A stretch of 64,000 nucleotides of DNA from Bacteroidales bacterium UBA5226 (lineage in GTDB: Bacteria; Bacteroidota; Bacteroidia; Bacteroidales; UBA932), in assembly GCA_002409325.1 (NCBI GenBank), contig DHUU01000001.1, positions 33,101 through 97,100 of the forward strand, written 5' to 3'. Each line of letters begins with the position of its first letter. Position 1 is the stretch's first letter. Shown one piece after another: positions 1 through 9,319 of the stretch. The position numbers and the translations under genes are program-made. The notes beneath the pieces were generated by a model. It saw nothing but the letters and a program-made list of their open reading frames with translations, was not told the origin of the DNA and ran no database searches.

Positions 1-1011
1 TGGCTGGACAGCACCAATATGCAGATTGGCGTGGCGGAATATATACGATCTCTTACCGGGGATGACAGATTACAAAATGTACTGGCAGGCATCATGCCTT
101 TATACGGCGGTGTTGCCGAAAAGACACCCCTGTATTATCATGCCCTAATAACCGATTTTTACAACAAAAGTGCCTTTCGTTTTGTGGGTGGAAGCGACAA
201 TGTGGTACAAGTGCTATGCGATTCAATTCGTCGCTTTGGTGGAGAGATAATCACCGGAATGCCTGTCACCAAAGTCGAATTCAATAATTCGGGAGCTACC
301 GGGATTACCCTGTTGAACAAAGAATTCCTTCAGGCAGAGCATATAATATCGGACATCCATCCGGCCATCCTGATGGATATGATTGATACGCCCCTGATCC
401 GAAAAGCCTATAAACAAAGAATCCGGAGTATAAAACAGACGTTGTCCAATTTTACTGTATATATCAAATTTAAGAAAAATTCGGTACCCTATCTGAATTA
501 CAACTTTTACCACTACCCAAAAAATTCTGTCTGGGATGGCCATTTTTTCTATATGCATATGTGCGACGAGCAGGACCAGAAAACTGTCCGCAGCGCGGTA
601 CTTTTCGAAAGTATGGCCTGGGACGAGGTGGCACGGTGGAAAGACATGCCCCGGGGCAACCGCGGGGCAGAATACGAAGACTTCAAGGCAAGAAAGTCAC
701 AACAGATGCTGTTGAACCTTGAAAAACAGTTTCCCGGGACAATCCGCCATATTGAAGACTACTGGACGTCTACACCGTTGACATACAGTGATTATACCGG
801 TACACTGGAAGGCTCTATGTACGGAATCCTAAGGGATAAGAATGCACATACCCAAACCTTTATTTCGCACCGGACAAAAGTTCCCAACCTTTACCTAGCA
901 GGACAGAACATCAACGCCCACGGCATAATGGGAGTCATTATAGGGTCGGTTCTCACTTGCGGGGAAATCATTGATATTAATAACCTTACAAAACAAATTA
1001 AGAACGCTTAA
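1..1011 (+). CDS. NAD(P)/FAD-dependent oxidoreductase, phytoene desaturase (CrtI) / retinol-saturase-like family, C-terminal part (5' end outside window)
   Basis: The frame is open from base 1 (TGG CTG GAC...), so the Met at 19 is internal. The C-terminal LYLAGQNINAHGIMGVIIGS segment resembles the terminal FAD-binding segment of CrtI-type flavoenzymes. Family call is from recall only. Confidence 0.6.
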   Translation, partial: WLDSTNMQIGVAEYIRSLTGDDRLQNVLAGIMPLYGGVAEKTPLYYHALITDFYNKSAFRFVGGSDNVVQVLCDSIRRFGGEIITGMPVTKVEFNNSGATGITLLNKEFLQAEHIISDIHPAILMDMIDTPLIRKAYKQRIRSIKQTLSNFTVYIKFKKNSVPYLNYNFYHYPKNSVWDGHFFYMHMCDEQDQKTVRSAVLFESMAWDEVARWKDMPRGNRGAEYEDFKARKSQQMLLNLEKQFPGTIRHIEDYWTSTPLTYSDYTGTLEGSMYGILRDKNAHTQTFISHRTKVPNLYLAGQNINAHGIMGVIIGSVLTCGEIIDINNLTKQIKNA

Positions 1012-1025
1012 CAACAAACCACAGT

Positions 1026-2318
1026 ATGGCACAGAGAATCAAAATGAAGCTCATATACCCCCGTTGGGAGAAACTTCCGGGACAGACAACCTTCAACCTT
1101 CCACCGCACGGTCCCGTTGTGTTTGCAGCGGCGCTTCCGGAACACGTTGATGTTTCTTTTACAGACGAAAATGTGGAATCCATTGATTTTGAAGAAGGAT
1201 GCGACCTGGTGGCCATATCCATGATGCTGTCCACACAGGTGAAGCGCGGATGGACTATAGCTGCTGAGTTCAGGAAAAGAGGAAAACAGGTCATTTTCGG
1301 GGGCATTTCCACCATGCTTCACGCAGAAGAGACCTTGGAGCACGGCGATGCCGTTTTTCTGGGCGAAGCCGAGGGCCGAATGGAAGAGCTGATAGGTGAC
1401 TGGGAAAAAGGCAGGCTCAAAAAGGTATATAATTACATGGGACAGCTGCCTTCTATTGAACTGGTAGGACCCGCCAGACGGGATCTTTACAAAAGAGAAC
1501 TATACAACCACAAGGGCGTGCAGATGGTTGACCTGTTCCATGCCTCTCGCGGATGCCGTTTCAATTGCTATCCCTGCGCCGTATCTTACCTGGGAGGTCG
1601 TGTTTTCAGACCGCGTCCCTTTGATAAGGTTATCGAAGAAATGGCCGGCATTGATAACAACAGGCTGTTCATCGTTGACAATTCCCTGGCACAGAACAAA
1701 GAATGGGAAATGCAATTGTTTAAGGAAATCATCCCCCTTAAGAAGAAATGGATAAGCCATACCATAGAGGACGATCCAAAAATCCTGGACCTTGCAGCAC
1801 AGGCAGGTGCATGGTACGTTTACCAGGCTGTTTTTGACACATCCGACTACATCAAGGAGCGTATCAAGCGTTACCACGATTACGGGATTGGCGTGGAAGG
1901 AACCATTCTCCTGGGCCTTGACAACCAATCAGAAGATGATATGCGCCGTCTAATCGATTTTTTACTGGAGATTGACCTGGACCTTGCCGAGTTCACCATC
2001 CTGACACCCTACCCTCATACAAAAGCCTACGAAGACCTGATGCGTAAGGGAAGGATCCTGGATTACGACTGGGACCACTACAACGCCGGACAGGTGGTAT
2101 ACCAGCCTGCACAGGTCACCCCCGAAAAGTTACAGGAGTTGTACGAGTACGCCTGGAGTTCTTTCTACAGCCAGGAATCCCAGGAACTGAAAATGACAAA
2201 TCTCTTCACTCGGGTCATGAGACGCGAAATGGAAGACGGAACGTGGAGGCCCCGGGACAGAAAACTAATGAATCAATCGTTCGGGAAAGAAGTCAAACGC
2301 AATATTGGAAATATTTGA
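1026..2318 (+). CDS. B12-binding-domain radical SAM enzyme (class B)
   Basis: 430-aa ORF with a CxxxCxxC cluster motif in SRGCRFNCYPCAVSY. The N-terminal region has a cobalamin-domain-like pattern (CDLVAISMM ... KQVIFGGISTM). It starts 14 nt after the upstream gene. Confidence 0.85.
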   Translation: MAQRIKMKLIYPRWEKLPGQTTFNLPPHGPVVFAAALPEHVDVSFTDENVESIDFEEGCDLVAISMMLSTQVKRGWTIAAEFRKRGKQVIFGGISTMLHAEETLEHGDAVFLGEAEGRMEELIGDWEKGRLKKVYNYMGQLPSIELVGPARRDLYKRELYNHKGVQMVDLFHASRGCRFNCYPCAVSYLGGRVFRPRPFDKVIEEMAGIDNNRLFIVDNSLAQNKEWEMQLFKEIIPLKKKWISHTIEDDPKILDLAAQAGAWYVYQAVFDTSDYIKERIKRYHDYGIGVEGTILLGLDNQSEDDMRRLIDFLLEIDLDLAEFTILTPYPHTKAYEDLMRKGRILDYDWDHYNAGQVVYQPAQVTPEKLQELYEYAWSSFYSQESQELKMTNLFTRVMRREMEDGTWRPRDRKLMNQSFGKEVKRNIGNI

Positions 2319-2697
2319 TACCATGGAAGTTCAAGACAAACATTTTGATGAAATATTTGATTTTAAGGGCAAATGGGATGTTCCTTCAAAATGTGGATTG
2401 AGGATCCTGTATCACAAAGACATCCCTGTTGTCATAGCCACTGAGTTGTATAACCACAATCCCGGTTCCTCTGTCACCTATGCCGGTGGTTTGCTGTTTG
2501 AGCAGATATGCACGGCCAAGGGACTGGATCCTGAACGGGTTGTTTATATTGAATGCAATCCAGACACCCATTCAAGACTTTCTTTTTATTCTGAAGAGTA
2601 CTTCCGCGTGAAATTTACCCAGATGGACGGGAAATTCATTAACCCGAGCTATAATAAATTATCGGATGAGGAAATAAAAGATCTTGTTTTCCCATGA
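2305..2697 (+). CDS. hypothetical protein, 130 aa (alternative start 2323)
   Basis: The ORF overlaps the rSAM stop by 14 nt, and its TGA overlaps the next ATG (ATGA at 2694-2697). No motif recognised. Coding status rests on operon packing. Confidence 0.5.
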   Translation: MEIFDTMEVQDKHFDEIFDFKGKWDVPSKCGLRILYHKDIPVVIATELYNHNPGSSVTYAGGLLFEQICTAKGLDPERVVYIECNPDTHSRLSFYSEEYFRVKFTQMDGKFINPSYNKLSDEEIKDLVFP

Positions 2698-3551
2698 AAG
2701 TTTCGCAGTCTATACTATCGGGTATTCTGCTTATGTTATCCCTATCGTTACAGGCACAGCAGGTGTTGCGCCCCTGGGAGGGAATCAGGGAAAAAAGCCG
2801 CGTTCGACTGTGGCATTACCACCCTGAATCTGAACAGGCCCGTGGTTCAGGCATCATCATTCTGCCCGGTGGCAGTTACCACCACCTGGGTATCCGAAAC
2901 GAAGGACACAATGTAGCCGCCAGACTGGCCAGGGAAGGCTATACTGCCTTTGTTCTTCGTTACAGTACCGGAATGTATGGGCACAGATATCCTGTCATGA
3001 TGGAAGACATCCAAAGAGCCGTCATGCTGATCAAGGAAAATGCCTCTGAATACGGTATCAGCTCCGATAGCGTAGGTTTGATAGGCTTTTCGGCAGGAGG
3101 ACACCTGGCCGGATGGATGGGAACATACTACGATACTAATTATCTGGCCCGTTACGGACTGAATCCTGACCGTTCCCTACGCCCTGCCTTTGTGGCTATG
3201 ATTTATCCGGTGGTTTCCATGACAGACAGTCTTGCGCATATCCGCTCCCGCCGGAATCTGATTGCCCCCGCACAGCCGGTGGACTTGAAAAATAGCTTAT
3301 CCCTGGAAAAGGTCGTCCGACAGGATATGCCGCCGGTTTTCCTGATGGCCTGTCAGGACGACCCAGTAGTGGATCCTCTGAACACCATCCGCTACAGTGA
3401 TGCATTGGAAGAAAATAAAGTGCCCCACCGCTTGCTGCTATACGAACAGGGCGGGCATGGTTTCGGGTATAAACCTGGCAAATCCAATGATATTGAGGAA
3501 CTTTGGATTCAGGAGTTCCTGCTATGGCTGGAAACAGAAATTAATTATTAA
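2694..3551 (+). CDS. secreted alpha/beta-hydrolase (esterase/lipase-like)
   Basis: N-terminal signal peptide. Nucleophile elbow GFSAGGHLA (GxSxG). Acid and His candidates are in QDDPVVD and GGHGF near the C-terminus. Confidence 0.8.
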   Translation: MKVSQSILSGILLMLSLSLQAQQVLRPWEGIREKSRVRLWHYHPESEQARGSGIIILPGGSYHHLGIRNEGHNVAARLAREGYTAFVLRYSTGMYGHRYPVMMEDIQRAVMLIKENASEYGISSDSVGLIGFSAGGHLAGWMGTYYDTNYLARYGLNPDRSLRPAFVAMIYPVVSMTDSLAHIRSRRNLIAPAQPVDLKNSLSLEKVVRQDMPPVFLMACQDDPVVDPLNTIRYSDALEENKVPHRLLLYEQGGHGFGYKPGKSNDIEELWIQEFLLWLETEINY

Positions 3552-3560
3552 CAAAACACT

Positions 3561-4868
3561 ATGGATATCAAATATACATCTACGGAAGAAATCAAACTTT
3601 TCCAGGAAAATCTGTTGCGGCGGGAATTGTCCTACCTGCAGGACAAGTCTCCCTTTTATCGCAGGATGTTCCAAAGGGATGGGGTCGATATCAGAAAGAT
3701 CAGGACTCTGGAGGACCTTCAATACATACCATTCACCAGGAAAAGCGACCTCCAGCAATTTAACGAAGATTTTATCTGTGTTCCCAAAGAACAACTGACC
3801 GATTTTGTTACCACATCGGGAACCATGAGTGATCCGGCTACATTTGCCTTTACTAACAGGGACCTGGACAGGCTGGCTTATAATGAAAAGGTATCTTTTG
3901 AATGTGCCGGTACAAAACCCGGAGATTTAATCCAACTGATGACCACCATGGATAAGCGTTTTGTGGCAGGCCTGGCCTATTACCTGGGCATCCGAAGCCT
4001 GGGAGCAGGGATCATCCGTGTGGGAAATGGCATTCCGGAGCTGCAATGGGATACCATCATAAGGATGAAACCCGACACCATTATCTGTGTACCTTCTTTT
4101 ATTCTCAAACTTATTGAATACGCCGAGGAGAACAATATACCCTATAGAAATTCGAGCATCAGAAAAGCAGTCTGCATAGGAGAAAACCTGCGGAACCAGG
4201 ACTTCTCACTCAACATCCTGGGCCGGCACATCCGGGAAAAGTGGGATATTCAGCTCATATCTACCTATGCTTCCACAGAACTGGGTGCCACCTTCTGCGA
4301 ATGTCCTTACGGAAAAGGAGGACACCACCTTCCGGAACTGGTTATCTGTGAATTGATAGACGATAACGACCGTGTTGTGCCTGCGGGGGAAACAGGCGAA
4401 CTGGTGATCACCAACCTCGGCCTGGAAGGAATGCCTTTGTTGCGTTTCAGGACCGGAGACCTGGCGCGGTTCCACTATGAACCTTGCCAGTGCGGGAGGA
4501 AAACAATGAGAATAAGTCCGTTGCTGGGACGTAAGAATCAAATGATCAAATTCAAGGGCACCACCCTCTACCCGCCTTCCCTATTTGATGTGCTGGAAGA
4601 CATACCCTATATCGGCTGTTACCAGGTGGTACTGTCCAGCAATGTACTGGGTACCGATGATGTACATGTGAAAGTTTCTGTCAAAGAAGGATCTGCTATC
4701 ATCCCGGAGGATGTCACAAAAGCGGTCAAGGATAAATTCCGGGCCAAGGTACGCGTTGCCCCCGAGGTGGAGATCGTTCCCGACGGGGAACTCAAAGACG
4801 AAGTATATAATGATAAAATGCGCAAAGCCCTTAAATTGTTAGATAAGAGGAACAATGTCCCTGGATAA
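3561..4868 (+). CDS. phenylacetate-CoA ligase (PaaK) / F390-synthetase-like adenylate-forming enzyme
   Basis: 435 aa. P-loop-like TTSGTMSDP sits where PaaK has SSGTTGKP. The C-terminal KFKGTTLYP block and the overall length match the PaaK family. Confidence 0.75.
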   Translation: MDIKYTSTEEIKLFQENLLRRELSYLQDKSPFYRRMFQRDGVDIRKIRTLEDLQYIPFTRKSDLQQFNEDFICVPKEQLTDFVTTSGTMSDPATFAFTNRDLDRLAYNEKVSFECAGTKPGDLIQLMTTMDKRFVAGLAYYLGIRSLGAGIIRVGNGIPELQWDTIIRMKPDTIICVPSFILKLIEYAEENNIPYRNSSIRKAVCIGENLRNQDFSLNILGRHIREKWDIQLISTYASTELGATFCECPYGKGGHHLPELVICELIDDNDRVVPAGETGELVITNLGLEGMPLLRFRTGDLARFHYEPCQCGRKTMRISPLLGRKNQMIKFKGTTLYPPSLFDVLEDIPYIGCYQVVLSSNVLGTDDVHVKVSVKEGSAIIPEDVTKAVKDKFRAKVRVAPEVEIVPDGELKDEVYNDKMRKALKLLDKRNNVPG

Positions 4869-5997
4869 AAGATTTGACGACATTCGTCCCTATACCAACG
4901 ACGAGATCCCGGCTGCCATGGAACGTCTTGCTTCAGAATCGCTGCTGGATCAGGTTTTTTTGTGGCTTTATCCCGGACAGCCCAGCCAGGATTGGCGGAA
5001 TAAGCTACGCTCGGTAAAAAGCAGCGAAGAGCTCCAGGAACGTATTATGTATCCTGCGGCAGAGATAATCATCAAAAGAACGATAAGCGGATTTTCCAGT
5101 TCGGGAGAAGAAAATATTCCGCTCGGTAAAGGTGTCCTTTACATTTCCAACCACAGGGACATTGTCCTGGACGCCACCTTGCAGCAACTGGTACTTTACA
5201 GGAATGGGATTCCCACCTCAGAAATATCATTCGGGAGCAATCTGATGCAATCTCCGGTGATCATGGACCTGGGAAAATCCAATAAGATGTACAAGGTTGT
5301 CCGTAAATCGGTAAATATGAGGGATTTAGTCAAAAACTCAAGGCTTTTGTCCGATTATATACGTGACACGATAAACAGGGGCACCTCGGTCTGGATCGCG
5401 CAGCACGATGGGCGGAGTAAAGAAGGGAACGACCTTACCGATCCCGGTCTGCTAAACATGCTATCCATGAGCATGAAAAAAGACCGCGTTGGCGCCCTGG
5501 CTTCACTTCATATTGTCCCGGTTGCTGTTTCATATGAAATTGAACCTTGTGATATCTTGAAAGTCTGCGAAGTACAACAGACAAAAAAGCAGGGCTTCTA
5601 TAAAAAAGCCTCGGGAGAAGACCTTATCAGTATCGTGACCGGGATCACCCAGAAGAAAGGAAAGGTGCATATAACCCTATGTCCTGCTATTACTGTGGAG
5701 GATCTGAAGCCTTATGCCGGATTTGCACAAACTGAATATTTCTATAAGGTGGCAACCCTGATTAACCAAAGGATATACAGTGGATATAAACTTTATGGTA
5801 TCAATTACGCAGCTTTTGACAAGATTACAGGGACAAATGAATTCAGGGAGCATTACACAGAAAAAGATATAAAACTCTTGGAAAGTCGTGAGATGTTGCT
5901 CCCGGCCAGTGACAGTCAAACGAACGCTGCTCTCAAAGACTTGCTTAGGCGCCTGTATGCCAATCCGGTAATGAACAGCTTGAATAAAGCCTTATGA
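4855..5997 (+). CDS. PlsC/AGPAT-like acyltransferase (tentative)
   Basis: 380 aa. The YISNHRDIVLDA block resembles acyltransferase motif I (NHxxxxD), although the spacing is one residue longer. It overlaps the upstream gene by 14 nt. Confidence 0.55.
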   Translation: MSLDKRFDDIRPYTNDEIPAAMERLASESLLDQVFLWLYPGQPSQDWRNKLRSVKSSEELQERIMYPAAEIIIKRTISGFSSSGEENIPLGKGVLYISNHRDIVLDATLQQLVLYRNGIPTSEISFGSNLMQSPVIMDLGKSNKMYKVVRKSVNMRDLVKNSRLLSDYIRDTINRGTSVWIAQHDGRSKEGNDLTDPGLLNMLSMSMKKDRVGALASLHIVPVAVSYEIEPCDILKVCEVQQTKKQGFYKKASGEDLISIVTGITQKKGKVHITLCPAITVEDLKPYAGFAQTEYFYKVATLINQRIYSGYKLYGINYAAFDKITGTNEFREHYTEKDIKLLESREMLLPASDSQTNAALKDLLRRLYANPVMNSLNKAL

Positions 5998-6605
5998 ATG
6001 CTTTGGTAAAGCGCATACCGATTATTACATTGATTATGATTATGGCCGCTGCCCCGGCAGGGGTTGCTGCTATTGGGCAGGGGCAGCAAAAAACAGCAGC
6101 CGAACGCAGCGCTGTTGGAAATATCATTCATTTTTTTTCTCAACCGGTGAATTACTCCCGTGAACCGGTGCATCCCTCACAGGTAGTGATTTTCGCTGAC
6201 TCTCTGGCCGGGGTGAAATCTGTTGATCCGGCAGACAGGATCCTGGACTATATATGGGAATCACAACGTGAAGCGGGCAGAACCCGTTTTGAAAAACAGG
6301 CAGACGGAACTTACCTGGCCCGCCTTGTCTGGGCTCCCGGAACGGAAGGAAAAGACCCCTCAAAAGACTTCAGAAATCCGGACAAAACACTTAGGAACAG
6401 GCCTATCAAGGACCTTGTATATAGTGATGGCATAGTCTATAGCGACGGGAAGTGGCTGGCCCCCTATATGTATCACCCCAATTTTGGAATCACCGCCAAT
6501 AAAGGGGTAATCTTTTTCAACAAAGACGGTGATTTGATCATCCGCGGAACCAAATGGGGTTTTTCCTCCACGGAATGCTTCAAGCCCGTGATAATCGCGC
6601 CCTGA
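5994..6605 (+). CDS. DUF2147-like exported protein
   Basis: Signal peptide. DFRNPDKTLRNRPIKDL matches the D-x-(K/R)-NPD-xx-LR-x-RP signature I recall for DUF2147. ATGA overlap with the upstream gene. Confidence 0.6.
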   Translation: MNALVKRIPIITLIMIMAAAPAGVAAIGQGQQKTAAERSAVGNIIHFFSQPVNYSREPVHPSQVVIFADSLAGVKSVDPADRILDYIWESQREAGRTRFEKQADGTYLARLVWAPGTEGKDPSKDFRNPDKTLRNRPIKDLVYSDGIVYSDGKWLAPYMYHPNFGITANKGVIFFNKDGDLIIRGTKWGFSSTECFKPVIIAP

Positions 6606-7523
6606 TTATTTGACCACCAACGCATTGGCGACACGCCTTTCACCCTGGTTGTCAAAATTTTTATTGTCCGACGGGTGATTAGCCACTTCTACGGGTTTAC
6701 GCAAATTTCTGCGCACACATAAGGTAGAGGAACCACCTCCGTCCAGGTTGATTGCATCATGGGATCTGAGCCATCGCATGATACGTTGCAGTTCTTCCAT
6801 GGTCATACCGGCAGCTTCATCTGCCCTGCCATCCACAACCACCAACAGGATCCTCCCTCCCCTTCTTATTCCCAGAGCAGTCCTGGGATGGCGTGCCTTG
6901 TTGAATTGATTCTCAATGACCGGTACATCCTTCCCAGCTGAACGCAATACAGGACCCGAGGAAATTACATCTTCAGCTGCCAGTCCTTTTTCCCAGCGGT
7001 CCTGATCATCGGTGAGCATCACATGGTCAGGAACAGCATAAATGGACAACTTGCCTTTGTCCGATACGGCGATAGACCCGGATTGACGGAACGTGCGGAG
7101 CCCTTCTTTCGGAATCCTGTTGGGTGCCAGCTCATTTTGATCAATTCGCAGGTAGTTGACAGACTTCCAGGGGGCATCCCAGGCAAAAAAAGAACCGTTT
7201 ATTCCGGCCAGGGCATCGGCATATTCCACAAAATCACTTGTAAGCACGAGTGCCGTATCGGCCACGATATCAAAACGGAAAGAACTCCTGACTTCCAGCA
7301 CGGATACAAATTGATTGGAATTGAACAGGGAGCTGTCTGTAAAAGCACACTGACGAAGCATGATCCCGCCAAGGTGCAGTAACCTTTTTTCCCAACGGGC
7401 ATTAACAAAAAGCACGGAATCTGCATCCGGTGTGACGGAAAGCTCTTGTTTCAGCCCCTGTGAATCGGTGGCTGCAAGCAGAAAAATCCATAAAAACAAT
7501 AGCCAGCCTATATTCCTTTTCAT
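6606..7523 (-). CDS. phosphodiester glycosidase family protein (DUF2233-like)
   Basis: Signal peptide. The INLDGGGSST motif is typical of this family. Its stop abuts the stop of the convergent gene with zero spacer. Confidence 0.7.
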   Translation of the reverse strand: MKRNIGWLLFLWIFLLAATDSQGLKQELSVTPDADSVLFVNARWEKRLLHLGGIMLRQCAFTDSSLFNSNQFVSVLEVRSSFRFDIVADTALVLTSDFVEYADALAGINGSFFAWDAPWKSVNYLRIDQNELAPNRIPKEGLRTFRQSGSIAVSDKGKLSIYAVPDHVMLTDDQDRWEKGLAAEDVISSGPVLRSAGKDVPVIENQFNKARHPRTALGIRRGGRILLVVVDGRADEAAGMTMEELQRIMRWLRSHDAINLDGGGSSTLCVRRNLRKPVEVANHPSDNKNFDNQGERRVANALVVK

Positions 7524-7535
7524 CGTGCAAATATT

Positions 7536-7543
7536 TATATTTG
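7536..7543 (+). promoter_or_regulatory. Bacteroidota-type -7 box TATATTTG upstream of the DUF2461 gene
   Basis: Exact TAnnTTTG, 17 nt before the ATG at 7561. Confidence 0.45.
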
Positions 7544-7560
7544 CTAAAATTACAAAAATT

Positions 7561-8241
7561 ATGGAACGGGTAACCGACTTCCTTTCTCTGCTGAGTCAAA
7601 ACAACAACAAACCATGGTTTGACGCGCATAAATCCCAATACCGGGAAGCCCTTGAAGTTTTTAATCATTTTACCGTACAGTTCATAGAAGGCATTGCCTT
7701 ATTTGACAAGGATGTGACCGGTCTGACGGTAAAAGATTGCACATACCGCATTTATCGGGACCTGAGGTTTTCGCCCGACAAAACACCATACAAGACCTAT
7801 ATGGGTGCGTACATCTGCCCGGGTGGGAAGAAATCCGGATTTGCAGGGTACTATTTTCATATTGGGGCACCGGCAAACGACTGGTCCGGAAATTATTTCA
7901 TGAGTAGCGGCTTGTTCCAACCTGGGCCGGCAGTCCTGAATAGTGTGCGGGACGACATACTCTACGATGCAAACCCCTTCCAGAGGGCCATTGCCCTGGC
8001 AGATGAATTCGAACTGGACACTCAGGACAGCCTAAAAAGGGTCCCGGCAGGATATCCGGCCGATTCACCTTATAAAAGTTTTTTCAGGCTCAGGAATTTT
8101 CTTCTGGCCAAATATTTGGACGATAAATTCATTCTTGATAAGAATCTGTTAAAAAACGTCTTGTCCGGATTTAAAAAGACCCATACCTTTGTCGCCTTGC
8201 TGAACCGATCTGTTTCTTATGTCATCACATCCCAGAATTAA
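7561..8241 (+). CDS. DUF2461 / TIGR02453-family protein
   Basis: The N-terminus MERVTDFLSLLSQNNNKPWFDAHKSQY matches the family signature (NN..W....K..Y). I trimmed the track ORF 7360-8241 to the ATG at 7561, which lies 17 nt downstream of a TATATTTG box. Confidence 0.7.
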   Translation: MERVTDFLSLLSQNNNKPWFDAHKSQYREALEVFNHFTVQFIEGIALFDKDVTGLTVKDCTYRIYRDLRFSPDKTPYKTYMGAYICPGGKKSGFAGYYFHIGAPANDWSGNYFMSSGLFQPGPAVLNSVRDDILYDANPFQRAIALADEFELDTQDSLKRVPAGYPADSPYKSFFRLRNFLLAKYLDDKFILDKNLLKNVLSGFKKTHTFVALLNRSVSYVITSQN

Positions 8242-9316
8242 AGCAGCCATCATAGGCTTTGGCCGGATGGGCGAAATGTACCTGCACCAGATGCTCAGAA
8301 GTACGCAATGGGAAGTTCGCGCCATCTGCGATACCGACCCCGATGCCCTTGCCGTTGCCGCCAATATTGCCCCGTCAGATACCGTACTGACTGCCCATGA
8401 AGATGATATTTTTAATGATCCCCAAATATGCATGGTAGTCCTTTCTGCCCTGGCCGATTCGCGCAAAAGGCATCTATTCAAGGCAGTGGAACATCATAAG
8501 CACGTGGTTACCGAAAAACCGCTGGGTTCAAACATAGAGGAAGAGTACGAAGTGATGGAAAAGATCAGGCAAAACAACCTGATGGTTACCGTAAACCTGC
8601 CGCTCAGGACAGCATGGTATCACAAAGTTATCAGGGAATTTATCTCATCGGGAGAAATCGGGGACCTTGCCATTGTCAGGATTTGCCATATGACACCGGG
8701 ATTAGCACCCGGAGAGGGACATTGGGCCGAAGGACCGCTGTTTCACGATTGCGGGCTGCATTATGTAGATATTGCGCACTGGTATGCCCAGAGCGATTTT
8801 AAGACCTGGAACGCCCAGGCCATACGTATGTGGAATTACCACGAACCCTGGTGGCTGCAGGTTCATGGAACATTTGAAAACGGTATTGTCTTTGACATTA
8901 CCCAGGGGCACGTATATGGCCAGCTTGCAAAGGACCTTACCCATAACGGGTATGTAGACATAATAGGGACCAAAGGGATAGCCAGAATGACACACGATTT
9001 TGTGACGGCCACGGTAGAACTGCACGGCATTACAAAAACACAGGTGATCCGGAAGCCTTTCGGAGACAAGAACCTGGATGTTTTACTGGACCTTTTCGCC
9101 CGTTCCATTATACAGGGAAACCTGGATCCTTCCCTGCCTAAGGTAAAGGATGCCGTTATAGCCTCTGAATACGCATGGAAATTCCTGGAAGATGCAGCCC
9201 GGCATGATATGCCCGCAAGGGGCGACAACAAGACCCTGGAAGAAATCAGGGAAAGGAGGAATAACAAACGTATTGGTTACGGGCTGTTAAGAAAAAAGAA
9301 GAAATATAATGACTAA
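8219..9316 (+). CDS. Gfo/Idh/MocA family NAD(P)-dependent oxidoreductase
   Basis: N-terminal Rossmann motif KAAIIGFGRMG. Length and EKP motif (VVTEKPL) are typical. Confidence 0.8.
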   Translation: MSSHPRIKAAIIGFGRMGEMYLHQMLRSTQWEVRAICDTDPDALAVAANIAPSDTVLTAHEDDIFNDPQICMVVLSALADSRKRHLFKAVEHHKHVVTEKPLGSNIEEEYEVMEKIRQNNLMVTVNLPLRTAWYHKVIREFISSGEIGDLAIVRICHMTPGLAPGEGHWAEGPLFHDCGLHYVDIAHWYAQSDFKTWNAQAIRMWNYHEPWWLQVHGTFENGIVFDITQGHVYGQLAKDLTHNGYVDIIGTKGIARMTHDFVTATVELHGITKTQVIRKPFGDKNLDVLLDLFARSIIQGNLDPSLPKVKDAVIASEYAWKFLEDAARHDMPARGDNKTLEEIRERRNNKRIGYGLLRKKKKYND

Positions 9317-9319
9317 GAC

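Noticed and set aside
5916-6173. Minus-strand 85-aa and 60-aa ORFs overlapping the acyltransferase/DUF2147 junction
   Set aside because: They are antisense to two coupled plus-strand genes and have Cys/Asn-rich low-complexity translations.
7360-7560. N-terminal extension of the DUF2461 ORF as listed in the track
   Set aside because: It overlaps the 5' end of the convergent-strand glycosidase gene and runs through the intergenic TATATTTG box. The family signature begins at the Met at 7561.
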